41,374 bases of DNA from a virus (taxonomy: Duplodnaviria; Caudoviricetes): IMG/VR virus record IMGVR_UViG_3300046772_000048, positions 1 to 41,374 of that record, one strand, 5' to 3'. The notes beneath the pieces are model-generated. The model ran no database searches, had not been told where the DNA came from, and worked only from the letters and a program-made list of their open reading frames with translations. A program made the translations under genes and the position numbers. The first letter of the stretch is position 1; each line of letters begins with the position of its first letter. Shown in pieces: positions 25,755 to 32,791 of the stretch.

Positions 25755-25881
25755 GTGGGAGGTGGCTTACCAAAAAGTAAAAATCACCAAATGCCGGCTC
25801 CAGATAAAAACAACTTAAAATTGTTTGTAGTGAGCAAAAACCTTAGCAAAAAATGTGTAAAGACAATTCGGACATTTTGCC

Positions 25882-25935
25882 TGTGAGATACATCTCTTTT
25901 TAGGATTTGACTTTTATGCGGGTAGGTGTTATGCT
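25882..25935 (+). promoter_or_regulatory. Degenerate CRP-like box plus promoter
   Basis: TGTGAGATACATCTCT (25882-25897); TTGACT-17-TATGCT (25907-25935). Confidence 0.7.
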
Positions 25936-25956
25936 TAGGTCAAGAAAGGGGAAATT

Positions 25957-26166
25957 ATGTTCAAGTATGTATTCAAGCCACACCCTATTGAGTGGGCTTT
26001 CTATAAGAAGGCTTTGTGGGTGGTTGGTGCGGTAATTGTTATTACTGCCCTAATCTCCGCTAACGCTTTGAGTTTCTTATTGTTCTTTGGTGCGGGTTGG
26101 TATGCCCAGAAAGAGTATGCCAAGCGTCAGCCTAAGAAACGCAAGCCACGCAAGAAGAAGGCTTGA
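25957..26166 (+). CDS. Small membrane protein with basic tail
   Basis: Hydrophobic hairpin then KRQPKKRKPRKKKA. Confidence 0.8.
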   Translation: MFKYVFKPHPIEWAFYKKALWVVGAVIVITALISANALSFLLFFGAGWYAQKEYAKRQPKKRKPRKKKA

Positions 26167-26167
26167 T

Positions 26168-26196
26168 TTGACTTTTCTAAATGAAAGTGCTATACT
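26168..26196 (+). promoter_or_regulatory. Promoter (leaderless transcript)
   Basis: TTGACT-17-TATACT, ATG 6 nt downstream. Confidence 0.85.
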
Positions 26197-26202
26197 TCAG
26201 TT

Positions 26203-26364
26203 ATGAAGTATTTACCAGATAGCGCAGTAGTCGGAACATACAAGCGTATGCGCCGTAAGCCTAAGGCTACCTATAAGTCAAGGGCGCAGTATCAGAGGGA
26301 AGCAGACCTCTGGAACGCAATTGCCTATGCGGTATTAGGATTTGCTAAAAAGAAACAAAACTGA
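26203..26364 (+). CDS. Small basic protein, 53 aa, leaderless (not in ORF track)
   Basis: MKYLPDSAVVGTYKRMRR...; paralog at 32168-32332. Confidence 0.8.
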   Translation: MKYLPDSAVVGTYKRMRRKPKATYKSRAQYQREADLWNAIAYAVLGFAKKKQN

Positions 26365-26376
26365 TAAAATACAGAA

Positions 26377-26922
26377 ATGGAGGAAAAAATGACGACAAAG
26401 ACACAATGGACAGAAGTAGATGAAGACGACTTAGGTATTGCTCCGCAATACGAAGCGATTGCTTACCCAACAGATTTGTGGAACGAAATCTTGCCAAACC
26501 TTTTTCAAGGTGGAACAGATGACGAAGACACAATTTGGGAGCGCAAGCGTGAAGAACCACAGATTACTAAAGACTTCTTTGATACAGTAATTACTGCCTA
26601 CCAATACGCAAACCCTGCGGATTGGCTAGTAAAAGAAATTCGCTATCCGTTTTACGATAGCCCAAGTATGAGTGGTATTGACTTCAAGGAGTTATTCCAA
26701 ATTGTGCGGATTGCTCACGAAGATTGGAAGTCAGGTAAGCGAGTTCTTATTCGTTGCCAAGCAGGACTAAATCGTTCAGGGCTAGTTATGGCATTAGTGC
26801 TAATGCGAGAAGGTTATTCTGCGGAAGAAGCGATTTGCCTAATCCGAGATAAGCGAAGCCAATACGCACTATTCAACTCAACCTTTGAGAAGTGGTTGCT
26901 CTCGCTCCCTAAGGCGGAGTAA
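26377..26922 (+). CDS. Dual-specificity / Cys-based protein phosphatase family protein
   Basis: EILPNLFQGG, VLIRCQAGLNRSG (CX5R), AI.LIR.KR; true start may be ATG 26389. Confidence 0.88.
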   Translation: MEEKMTTKTQWTEVDEDDLGIAPQYEAIAYPTDLWNEILPNLFQGGTDDEDTIWERKREEPQITKDFFDTVITAYQYANPADWLVKEIRYPFYDSPSMSGIDFKELFQIVRIAHEDWKSGKRVLIRCQAGLNRSGLVMALVLMREGYSAEEAICLIRDKRSQYALFNSTFEKWLLSLPKAE

Positions 26923-27125
26923 TGGAAGCAACCACTTGCTCCAAGTGCGACGCAGACGCAAAGTGGATAGATTGCCCTTGCGGTGATGAGATGTGCTTTG
27001 CGGTGCGTTGCTATTGGAGTGAGTGCGCCTATGTAGAGTGGGGTTGCGAGGAAGAAGGGGCTAACCAAAAAGTAAAAGACCAGCCCATCTATCTCTCTAC
27101 TTGCGACACGCCGAAAGTCAGGTAA
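26922..27125 (+). CDS. Small Cys-rich protein
   Basis: CSKC, CPC, several further Cys; TAATG overlap. Confidence 0.65.
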   Translation: MEATTCSKCDADAKWIDCPCGDEMCFAVRCYWSECAYVEWGCEEEGANQKVKDQPIYLSTCDTPKVR

Positions 27126-27126
27126 C

Positions 27127-27155
27127 TTGAAAAAAGTCAGGGAAGTTGCTATTAT
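27127..27155 (+). promoter_or_regulatory. Promoter
   Basis: TTGAAA-17-TATTAT; GCGACACGCC at 27103. Confidence 0.65.
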
Positions 27156-27203
27156 TACTTCATTGACTTAGAAGAAGTCAAACTTAGAGAAAGGGCTAAG
27201 AAA

Positions 27204-27395
27204 ATGGCAGTAGTAATGAAGATGGATAAGAAGTTCATACAACGCAGACGAGTTGCGTTTGTTATCGCTCTTGCGCTCGCAGGTGCGCTTGTGTGGGGAT
27301 TAGTTCAGGTATCAGGAAACCTATGGTGGGTTGGTGGCGAAGAAGGCTACTGCTGGGGTCAAATGGTTGAGTGCTATTTCGGGAAGGGGAAGTAA
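27204..27395 (+). CDS. Small membrane protein
   Basis: RRRVA + TM helix + LWWVG..GYCWG.M.EC. Confidence 0.8.
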   Translation: MAVVMKMDKKFIQRRRVAFVIALALAGALVWGLVQVSGNLWWVGGEEGYCWGQMVECYFGKGK

Positions 27396-27580
27396 TGAAT
27401 AAAGGAAAGTTTGGGCAAGACCTTGCCAAGATTTCAGATAACGAGTTTGCGGAGTTCTTATTGAAGTTCGCATACATGACGCCAGAACAAATGGAAGAAC
27501 GAGACAACTTACCAACAAAAGAAGCGCGGAGGGAGTTTATGAGAAATCTTCCGCTTCCAGCACTAGGAGGGAAAAAGTAA
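27395..27580 (+). CDS. Hypothetical protein
   Basis: GAAGGGG RBS, TAATG overlap. Confidence 0.7.
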   Translation: MNKGKFGQDLAKISDNEFAEFLLKFAYMTPEQMEERDNLPTKEARREFMRNLPLPALGGKK

Positions 27581-27582
27581 AA

Positions 27583-27750
27583 ATGGTTCTAGATACAGGA
27601 ACAATGTTTGCCATCATTATCGCGCTCGCAGGTTCGTGCTTCGTAATGGTAGTTTCCATCAACGCCTACGGGAAGTTGATGCGGGAGAACAAACAACTAC
27701 GCCAAGAGTTGGTTGAGTTGGAGTGGAAGAAAATCAAGGAGGTGAACTAA
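27583..27750 (+). CDS. Small membrane protein, 55 aa (not in ORF track)
   Basis: MVLDTGTMFAIIIALAGSCFVM + coiled coil; GGAGG plus 11-mer before ATG. Confidence 0.75.
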   Translation: MVLDTGTMFAIIIALAGSCFVMVVSINAYGKLMRENKQLRQELVELEWKKIKEVN

Positions 27751-27927
27751 ATGGAAACATCACAGATTATTGCGGACGCAGAGTGTGATTTCAAATGCCA
27801 GTTTGAGTGGATTGAAGTCTCATCAAACTTCTTCAATGCGTCGGTTTATACGCCAGCATTGTTAGCAGGTATTGCGGGTTATGTTATTTATCGCATTATC
27901 AAGAAAGTAAAAGGTAATGTCCTATGA
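27751..27927 (+). CDS. Small membrane protein, 58 aa (not in ORF track)
   Basis: AAGGAGGTGA RBS; C-terminal TM segment. Confidence 0.75.
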   Translation: METSQIIADAECDFKCQFEWIEVSSNFFNASVYTPALLAGIAGYVIYRIIKKVKGNVL

Positions 27928-28394
27928 CGAACAAGCCCACTTGGGATAAGTTTGAGGAAGCAACTGCGGTTGTAAATGGGCATAAGGTAGACCTTGACCC
28001 TAATCAAACTATTTGGAAAAACAAGTTCTACACAGTTATCAAGCACATACTTGAGCCTGAACTTGGAGACAAGAGTGGTATCCATCTTTCTATTCGCCAC
28101 AACGAAAGAAAGGCGATTAGAGATTGGAGACACTTCCAACGCATCAAGAACGAACTTGCGGGTGCTGAAAGAGAAGCAGTAGAAATCTTCCCACCTGAAA
28201 GTCAGTTAGTTGATACATCAAATCAGTATCACCTTTGGGTTCTGCCTGAAGGCACAACATCTTTCTTCACTTGGAACGAAGGGCGTCATGTAGTCAATGA
28301 CCCACAAGACCCAGAGAACAAAGAGTGGTTGCGGTCAAAAGGTTTAGACCCAGAGGTAATTATGGGAGCAAAACAACGACCTTATGAGGAGTGA
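27924..28394 (+). CDS. DUF7694-like phage protein
   Basis: HLSI....DWR..QRIKNEL.G.E.EAVE.FP.ES.LVD..NQYHLW. Confidence 0.7.
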   Translation: MTNKPTWDKFEEATAVVNGHKVDLDPNQTIWKNKFYTVIKHILEPELGDKSGIHLSIRHNERKAIRDWRHFQRIKNELAGAEREAVEIFPPESQLVDTSNQYHLWVLPEGTTSFFTWNEGRHVVNDPQDPENKEWLRSKGLDPEVIMGAKQRPYEE

Positions 28395-28603
28395 GGGTGA
28401 GTTCAACAAAAAGTAAAAGAATTGCCGATGACGCCTCCCGTCTCTATGCGGAAGGGTTATCTATTGAGAGTGTGGCTAGCGAACTAAAGGTTTCGTATCG
28501 TTGCGCTCGCAAAGCAATTAGAAGTCGCGGGACACCTCTCCGCGACCCATCAGCCCGCGTCAAAGGACGCACAAGCCCAAAAAGGAAGAAGTCAGCCCAA
28601 TGA
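28391..28603 (+). CDS. Helix-turn-helix DNA-binding protein
   Basis: LYAEGLSIESVASELKVSYRCARKAI..RG..LR. Confidence 0.75.
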   Translation: MRVSSTKSKRIADDASRLYAEGLSIESVASELKVSYRCARKAIRSRGTPLRDPSARVKGRTSPKRKKSAQ

Positions 28604-28752
28604 ATAATCTCAATGTAGTTTGGACTGCCGTAGGAGCGTTAGTCTTCGGACTTGCGTCTTTCCTCGCAGCGTGGCAGAATTCAGTTCCTTGGACTATCGC
28701 CCTAGGATTCTCGGCTTTGACGAGCGCGACGCTCGCAAGCAGGGAACGCTAG
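28600..28752 (+). CDS. Small two-helix membrane protein, 50 aa (not in ORF track)
   Basis: MNNLNVVWTAVGALVFGLASFLAAW...; ATGA overlap. Confidence 0.7.
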   Translation: MNNLNVVWTAVGALVFGLASFLAAWQNSVPWTIALGFSALTSATLASRER

Positions 28753-28766
28753 ACAAAGTTCAAGGC

Positions 28767-28809
28767 AAAGCCCTCCGCATACCTTCCTCTTGCGGGGGGC
28801 TTCTTCTTG
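28767..28809 (+). terminator. Intrinsic terminator with anti-RBS loop
   Basis: AAGCCCTCCGCA/TGCGGGGGGCTT stem, loop TACCTTCCTCT. Confidence 0.75.
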
Positions 28810-28818
28810 TGTCTTGAC

Positions 28819-28847
28819 TTGACTTATTTCTTGATTAGTGTTATAGT
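28819..28847 (+). promoter_or_regulatory. Promoter
   Basis: TTGACT-17-TATAGT. Confidence 0.85.
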
Positions 28848-28876
28848 ATGCCTAATCAAAAAGAAAGGAGCCACCA

Positions 28877-29056
28877 ATGGCAATCTCCCGCCCACAATAC
28901 CCAACCTGCTTTACCTGCCGTCGTGAGTTCACCCACGCTTGTGATTCTCAAGGCGCATACTGCGAACACCACAACTTCACAGGTTATGTCTCCGAGTGCG
29001 ACACCTGCCGTGTTTCACAAGCGCGAAAGTTCCTGGAAGCCGTAACAACTAAATAA
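28877..29056 (+). CDS. Small Cys/His-rich protein, 59 aa (not in ORF track)
   Basis: AGAAAGGAG RBS; CFTC..H.C..CEHH..CDTC. Confidence 0.75.
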   Translation: MAISRPQYPTCFTCRREFTHACDSQGAYCEHHNFTGYVSECDTCRVSQARKFLEAVTTK

Positions 29057-29065
29057 TTTTTGGAA

Positions 29066-29091
29066 GAAGCCCCGCTTCGGCGGGGTTTTTT
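29066..29091 (+). terminator. Intrinsic terminator
   Basis: GCCCCGC-TTCG-GCGGGGT then T run. Confidence 0.9.
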
Positions 29092-29176
29092 CTTGCGCTC
29101 GCAGTTTTTACTTTTTGGTATCCAATCCTCCAGCCGGCTGTTGGACATCAGAACAACTTTCCTTTGCGTGTCTGGT

Positions 29177-29205
29177 TTGACTTTTATCGTGGCTAGTAGT
29201 ATTGT
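29177..29205 (+). promoter_or_regulatory. Promoter
   Basis: TTGACT-17-TATTGT. Confidence 0.75.
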
Positions 29206-29228
29206 TATGTCTTGAAAGGGGGTCTTCA

Positions 29229-29690
29229 ATGACCACACAACAATTAGTTCTCTTCGGTGAGAACCCTGCTCCCGCACCTGCGGTTCCTGCGCCTGTCGCA
29301 AATGTTGCCCCAAAGTTCAATTGGAGGGAACTTTATGAGGCACTTTCTAAACTTCCTAAATCTAAATACGCCATACCAACAGATGAACTTATGGGTGATT
29401 ATATGGTTCAACCTGTTGATAATGACCTTGTATTCGTTGAAATCCGCGAGTTCAAGAAGACTACATACCTTCGCCGTCTGATTGGCTCATACGGAGGGTT
29501 CTCTCGTATCAAGCCAGCACCCGAAGATACGCTTGCTTTTGTGCGTGTTTTGCTTGGCGACCCATACAAGTATGCCAAGTTGTTCGCTGTTCACTACGCT
29601 TGCTGTGCCAAGTGCGGTGCTGAACTCACAGATGAAACAAGTCGTGAGTTAGGTCTTGGTCCGGTCTGCCGACAGGCTTTCGGGAAGTAA
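29229..29690 (+). CDS. DUF6011 domain protein
   Basis: C-terminal CAKCGAELTDETSRELGLGPVC; start at ATG 29229 behind GAAAGGGGG. Confidence 0.8.
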   Translation: MTTQQLVLFGENPAPAPAVPAPVANVAPKFNWRELYEALSKLPKSKYAIPTDELMGDYMVQPVDNDLVFVEIREFKKTTYLRRLIGSYGGFSRIKPAPEDTLAFVRVLLGDPYKYAKLFAVHYACCAKCGAELTDETSRELGLGPVCRQAFGK

Positions 29691-29696
29691 GACACG

Positions 29697-29746
29697 AGTC
29701 AGATAAAGTGGCGACTCTCACCCCCAAAATCGCCACTTGTCTGACT
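29697..29746 (+). other. 3'-UTR hairpin with anti-RBS loop
   Basis: AGTCAGAT..AAGTGGCGA / TCGCCACTT-GTCTGACT stem, loop CTCTCACCCCCAAAA. Confidence 0.6.
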
Positions 29747-29903
29747 TTTCTATGCTAAGGTAACACCATAAGACATAGCGACTTATAGAAAGAAAGGTTG
29801 TAAAACAACCCTCTCCCCACAGCGGGGGGAATAAGGCGGGTAAGTAACGCCGATGGTGGCTTCCACAGCACCCTGTCCCTGTCCCCTAACAAAGGAACAC
29901 TCA

Positions 29904-30506
29904 ATGCTAAAACCTACTAACAAAGCCATTGAAAAAATAATTGCGGTGGCGTTGTCAGTAACTTTTCTGTCTGTCGTTTCGGCTTTCGCCCAAACTTCAG
30001 GAGAAGAAAAAGTTGCCGACCTACAGGCTAAAGAGGCTATAACCATCAAGGCTGTAGAGGCAGAAATAGAAGCACAAAAAGCAAAACTCGCGGAACTTCA
30101 ACTAAAGAAGTTCTCTGTAAAGAAGACTCCGTTCTCCGATGTAGAACTAGCCCAACTGCTATCAGCAGTCGGCTTTGAGGGCAAGGCTCTCAAAACAGCG
30201 TGGGCTGTCGTGAAGAAGGAATCTAATGGTCGCCCTCTTGCCTTCAATGGCAATACACGAACAGGCGACTCGTCATACGGAATCTTCCAAATCAATATGA
30301 TTGGTGGTCTTGGCGTAGTGCGCCGAGATAAGTATGACCTTGACTCAAACAAAGATTTGTTTGACGCGGTAATCAACGCCGAAATCGCTTACCATATGAG
30401 TAATGGTGGGGAGGATTGGACTTCGTGGAAGATTCAAGCCCCTTACACTAATCGTGATGAGGTAAGATTTCAGTATTGGTATGAACGCTTCCCAGAAGGA
30501 TTTTGA
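29904..30506 (+). CDS. Lytic transglycosylase / lysozyme-like protein with N-terminal signal or TM segment
   Basis: AV..KES catalytic Glu, SYGIFQIN, N...A, W.SW; start moved to ATG 29904 behind AAAGGA. Confidence 0.82.
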   Translation: MLKPTNKAIEKIIAVALSVTFLSVVSAFAQTSGEEKVADLQAKEAITIKAVEAEIEAQKAKLAELQLKKFSVKKTPFSDVELAQLLSAVGFEGKALKTAWAVVKKESNGRPLAFNGNTRTGDSSYGIFQINMIGGLGVVRRDKYDLDSNKDLFDAVINAEIAYHMSNGGEDWTSWKIQAPYTNRDEVRFQYWYERFPEGF

Positions 30507-30979
30507 TTATGAACAACGATGATGTAGTAGTCCCAGAACCTCACTCATACTACGAACCTGTAGTTGAGCCAGTTGCGGTGGAGTCCATCGTAGTTGAGCC
30601 AGAAGTTGAGCCAGCCATCTTCACAACACCAGAAGTTGTTGAGGAGTTGCCGGTTCCTGCGGCTGAAGAAAAGCCAGCAAAAAGTAAAAAGGTTGCAGAT
30701 GCAGCGCCAAGTTCTTTTGCAGATGACGAAGTTGTTTTGTTGTCTAGCCTGAAGTTTCAAGCAATTTCCCGAAACTCTCGTTCTGTTTATTTAGTTCAAG
30801 AAAGACTTTATCAACTTGGATTTGATGGTGGATACGAAGACCAGCCGGGTTGGTTGAGCGAAGGAACACGCAGAGCGCTCGCACAATTCTGCCCTTGCGA
30901 TGAAACATCTGTGCGGGTTGATGACGCGGAACTTATCAAGCGTCTGTTCGCAGGAACATCAGTAAAGGTTTCTGAATAA
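30503..30979 (+). CDS. Protein with Glu/Pro/Val-rich N-terminus and peptidoglycan-binding-like domain
   Basis: SVYLVQERLYQLGF...G.....T..AL..F resembles PG_binding_1. Confidence 0.6.
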   Translation: MIMNNDDVVVPEPHSYYEPVVEPVAVESIVVEPEVEPAIFTTPEVVEELPVPAAEEKPAKSKKVADAAPSSFADDEVVLLSSLKFQAISRNSRSVYLVQERLYQLGFDGGYEDQPGWLSEGTRRALAQFCPCDETSVRVDDAELIKRLFAGTSVKVSE

Positions 30980-30993
30980 CTTTTATAAAAATC

Positions 30994-31104
30994 AACGCTC
31001 CGGCTGTCAAGTAATCTTGATAAGCCGGGGCGTTAGGTTTTTGGAAGGACAGCATCTTGGCAGTACAGCAGAAAGCCCCTCTAAGAAATTAGGGGGGCTT
31101 TTCT
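30994..31104. terminator. Two hairpins at the convergence of the two gene arms, the second bidirectional
   Basis: AACGCTCCGGCT.../...AGCCGGGGCGTT and GAAAGCCCCTCTAA-gaaa-TTAGGGGGGCTTTTC. Confidence 0.8.
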
Positions 31105-31109
31105 GTTTG

Positions 31110-31463
31110 CTACGCTACTAGGCAGTAACTCCTGCGTGTGCGGTCATAATCAACGTGAACCCACGAATAAACCCAGCCTCGTTCTCTGTTATACACCTCT
31201 GTTCCTTCCAGCCACAATCCACACTTAGAACACTCGCCTCTAAACTCTGAACCTCCTACGCGGAGTTTTGGTTCAGGACGATGAGTTGTTTGTAAGTTGC
31301 TTGCTGCCAGGGGAGTTTTTACTTTTTGGTCAGCACTCTCCTCCACCTGTGTTTTGGGTGTGCTAATTATTTCTTTGAGGTGGCACTTTCCACATAAGGT
31401 TTCAGTTCCCTGAAACTTTGGGTTATACCAATCTCCACATTGAGAACACGCTCTTGGCTTCAT
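31110..31463 (-). CDS. Cys-rich hypothetical protein
   Basis: CSQC, CGKC, CSKC motifs. Confidence 0.7.
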   Translation of the reverse strand: MKPRACSQCGDWYNPKFQGTETLCGKCHLKEIISTPKTQVEESADQKVKTPLAASNLQTTHRPEPKLRVGGSEFRGECSKCGLWLEGTEVYNRERGWVYSWVHVDYDRTRRSYCLVA

Positions 31464-31467
31464 CTAG

Positions 31468-32103
31468 TTATCTGTTTTCCTTTTTGATAGTTTGGTATGA
31501 CTTGCTCTCGCCAGCACTATTGCGATAGCCATAGCGGACGAGCCTGAATTGAATAGCGGACGGAGTAACGCCTAGCAATTTTGCTAAACGATAAACTGTT
31601 ACGCCTTGCTCTGTTGCTTGGTTGAGTAGGTAGGAGTATTCCTCTGCCTCTGCCCTAAACTTTTTACTAGACGAACGAACCTGTTGAGCGAAAGGTTGAA
31701 GTTCCTTTAGCCGTGCCAGCAGTTCCTCGTTAGGCATTGTGTATTGAACCTGTGTCGGTATTGGATAACGCGGTGGTTCAGGTAGCACTAAGTCAGGTGA
31801 GATAGGCGTTGCGGTAGTTCCCTTCACGATTTGTCTAATTGTTTCTCGTGATAGTTCTAACGCTTTTCCAATACTCGCCTGTGTCCAGCCCTTTTTAGTG
31901 AGAGCGTGAATAAGACCATTTCTACCTTCTTGGTCTAGCGACTTTAGTAAGTCAGCCATCTCTAGAGGTAGCACTTGCCCTATCTTGTTGATTTCACCAG
32001 CAAGACGCGGGTTTGTTTTCACTCGCGGGTATCTGTTGATTTCCCTAGCGGAGTGCGCTTTCTTTAGTTGTTCAGGATTTGTCCTGAAGTTTATCTTTGT
32101 CAT
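31468..32103 (-). CDS. Double helix-turn-helix DNA-binding protein
   Basis: GWTQASIGKALELSRETIRQI and GVTVYRLAKLLGVTPSAIQFRL. Confidence 0.8.
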   Translation of the reverse strand: MTKINFRTNPEQLKKAHSAREINRYPRVKTNPRLAGEINKIGQVLPLEMADLLKSLDQEGRNGLIHALTKKGWTQASIGKALELSRETIRQIVKGTTATPISPDLVLPEPPRYPIPTQVQYTMPNEELLARLKELQPFAQQVRSSSKKFRAEAEEYSYLLNQATEQGVTVYRLAKLLGVTPSAIQFRLVRYGYRNSAGESKSYQTIKKENR

Positions 32104-32131
32104 TTTATCCTTTTATCCTTTCTTTGTCATA

Positions 32132-32160
32132 ACCTTAGACAAGGCAAGGGGATTTGTCAA
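32132..32160 (-). promoter_or_regulatory. Promoter
   Basis: TTGACA-17-TAAGGT on minus strand. Confidence 0.7.
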
Positions 32161-32167
32161 GTTGTTG

Positions 32168-32332
32168 TTATCGTCTGCGCTTAGGCTTTACGACATCAAC
32201 AACCGAGAACACGATAGCGTTCCAAAAGTCTGCTTGCTTTTGGTAATGCGCTCTGCTCTTAGCACTAGCCTTTCCTCTGCGGTGTAGTCGCTTGTAAGTT
32301 CCGACTATCGCACTATCAGGTAGTCCTTTCAT
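32168..32332 (-). CDS. Small basic protein, 54 aa (not in ORF track)
   Basis: MKGLPDSAIVGTYKRLHRR...; paralog of 26203-26364; GAAAGG RBS. Confidence 0.8.
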   Translation of the reverse strand: MKGLPDSAIVGTYKRLHRRGKASAKSRAHYQKQADFWNAIVFSVVDVVKPKRRR

Positions 32333-32363
32333 TTCCTTTTCCTTTCCCTATCTCTTATGCCTA

Positions 32364-32418
32364 ATACTATGACATACGAATACATTTGTCAAGCCGTAGG
32401 GGTGTGTTTTATAGCACA
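32364..32418 (-). promoter_or_regulatory. CRP-like box plus promoter
   Basis: TGTGCTATAAAACACA (32418-32403); TTGACA-17-TAGTAT (32392-32364). Confidence 0.75.
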
Positions 32419-32433
32419 TACTCTGCGGGCATA

Positions 32434-32460
32434 GAAAAGCCCCCCTTGCGGGGGGCTTCT
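32434..32460 (-). terminator. Intrinsic terminator (repeated unit)
   Basis: AAGCCCCCC-GCAA-GGGGGGCTTTT on minus strand. Confidence 0.9.
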
Positions 32461-32464
32461 CGCC

Positions 32465-32647
32465 TTAGAACGCTATGCCTGTCAAGTGGCGGTAGCACTT
32501 GTCCTCTAGGTTATACATTGAGAGTTTAGTGCCACACTCGCAGTAGCGAGCCTTCTTATTGACTTTTAGTGGTTGAACATTTGAGCCTTCAATCTTTAGA
32601 CCCATACCGAAGTCAAGTTCTAGGTCTTGTGTGATTGTGTCAAACAT
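32465..32647 (-). CDS. Small Cys/His protein
   Basis: CECGTKLSMYN...CYRH; AAAGGGGG RBS. Confidence 0.8.
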   Translation of the reverse strand: MFDTITQDLELDFGMGLKIEGSNVQPLKVNKKARYCECGTKLSMYNLEDKCYRHLTGIAF

Positions 32648-32689
32648 TTTGTTTCCCCCTTTGTTAGCACTCTTTGTGCTTGTGAGTAA

Positions 32690-32718
32690 ATACTATGCTA
32701 TGCGGGTAAGCGTGTCAA
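32690..32718 (-). promoter_or_regulatory. Promoter
   Basis: TTGACA-17-TAGTAT. Confidence 0.8.
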
Positions 32719-32754
32719 GTTGATTTCAGGTGATTTAGGTAACAATTTGATAAC

Positions 32755-32782
32755 AAAAAACCCCCCTTGCGGGGGGCTTCTT
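32755..32782 (-). terminator. Intrinsic terminator (repeated unit)
   Basis: AAGCCCCCC-GCAA-GGGGGGTTTTTT on minus strand. Confidence 0.9.
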
Positions 32783-32791
32783 GTGAGCCTC

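Noticed and set aside
28848-29045. ORF-track 65-aa protein MPNQKERS...
   Set aside because: It starts immediately at the -10 box; the overlapping frame 28877-29056 has a strong AGAAAGGAG RBS and a coherent Cys/His pattern
29747-29903. c-di-AMP (ydaO) riboswitch upstream of the transglycosylase
   Set aside because: The conserved GCUGAAUC, GGGGUGAAU and CAGCUAAC segments are not present
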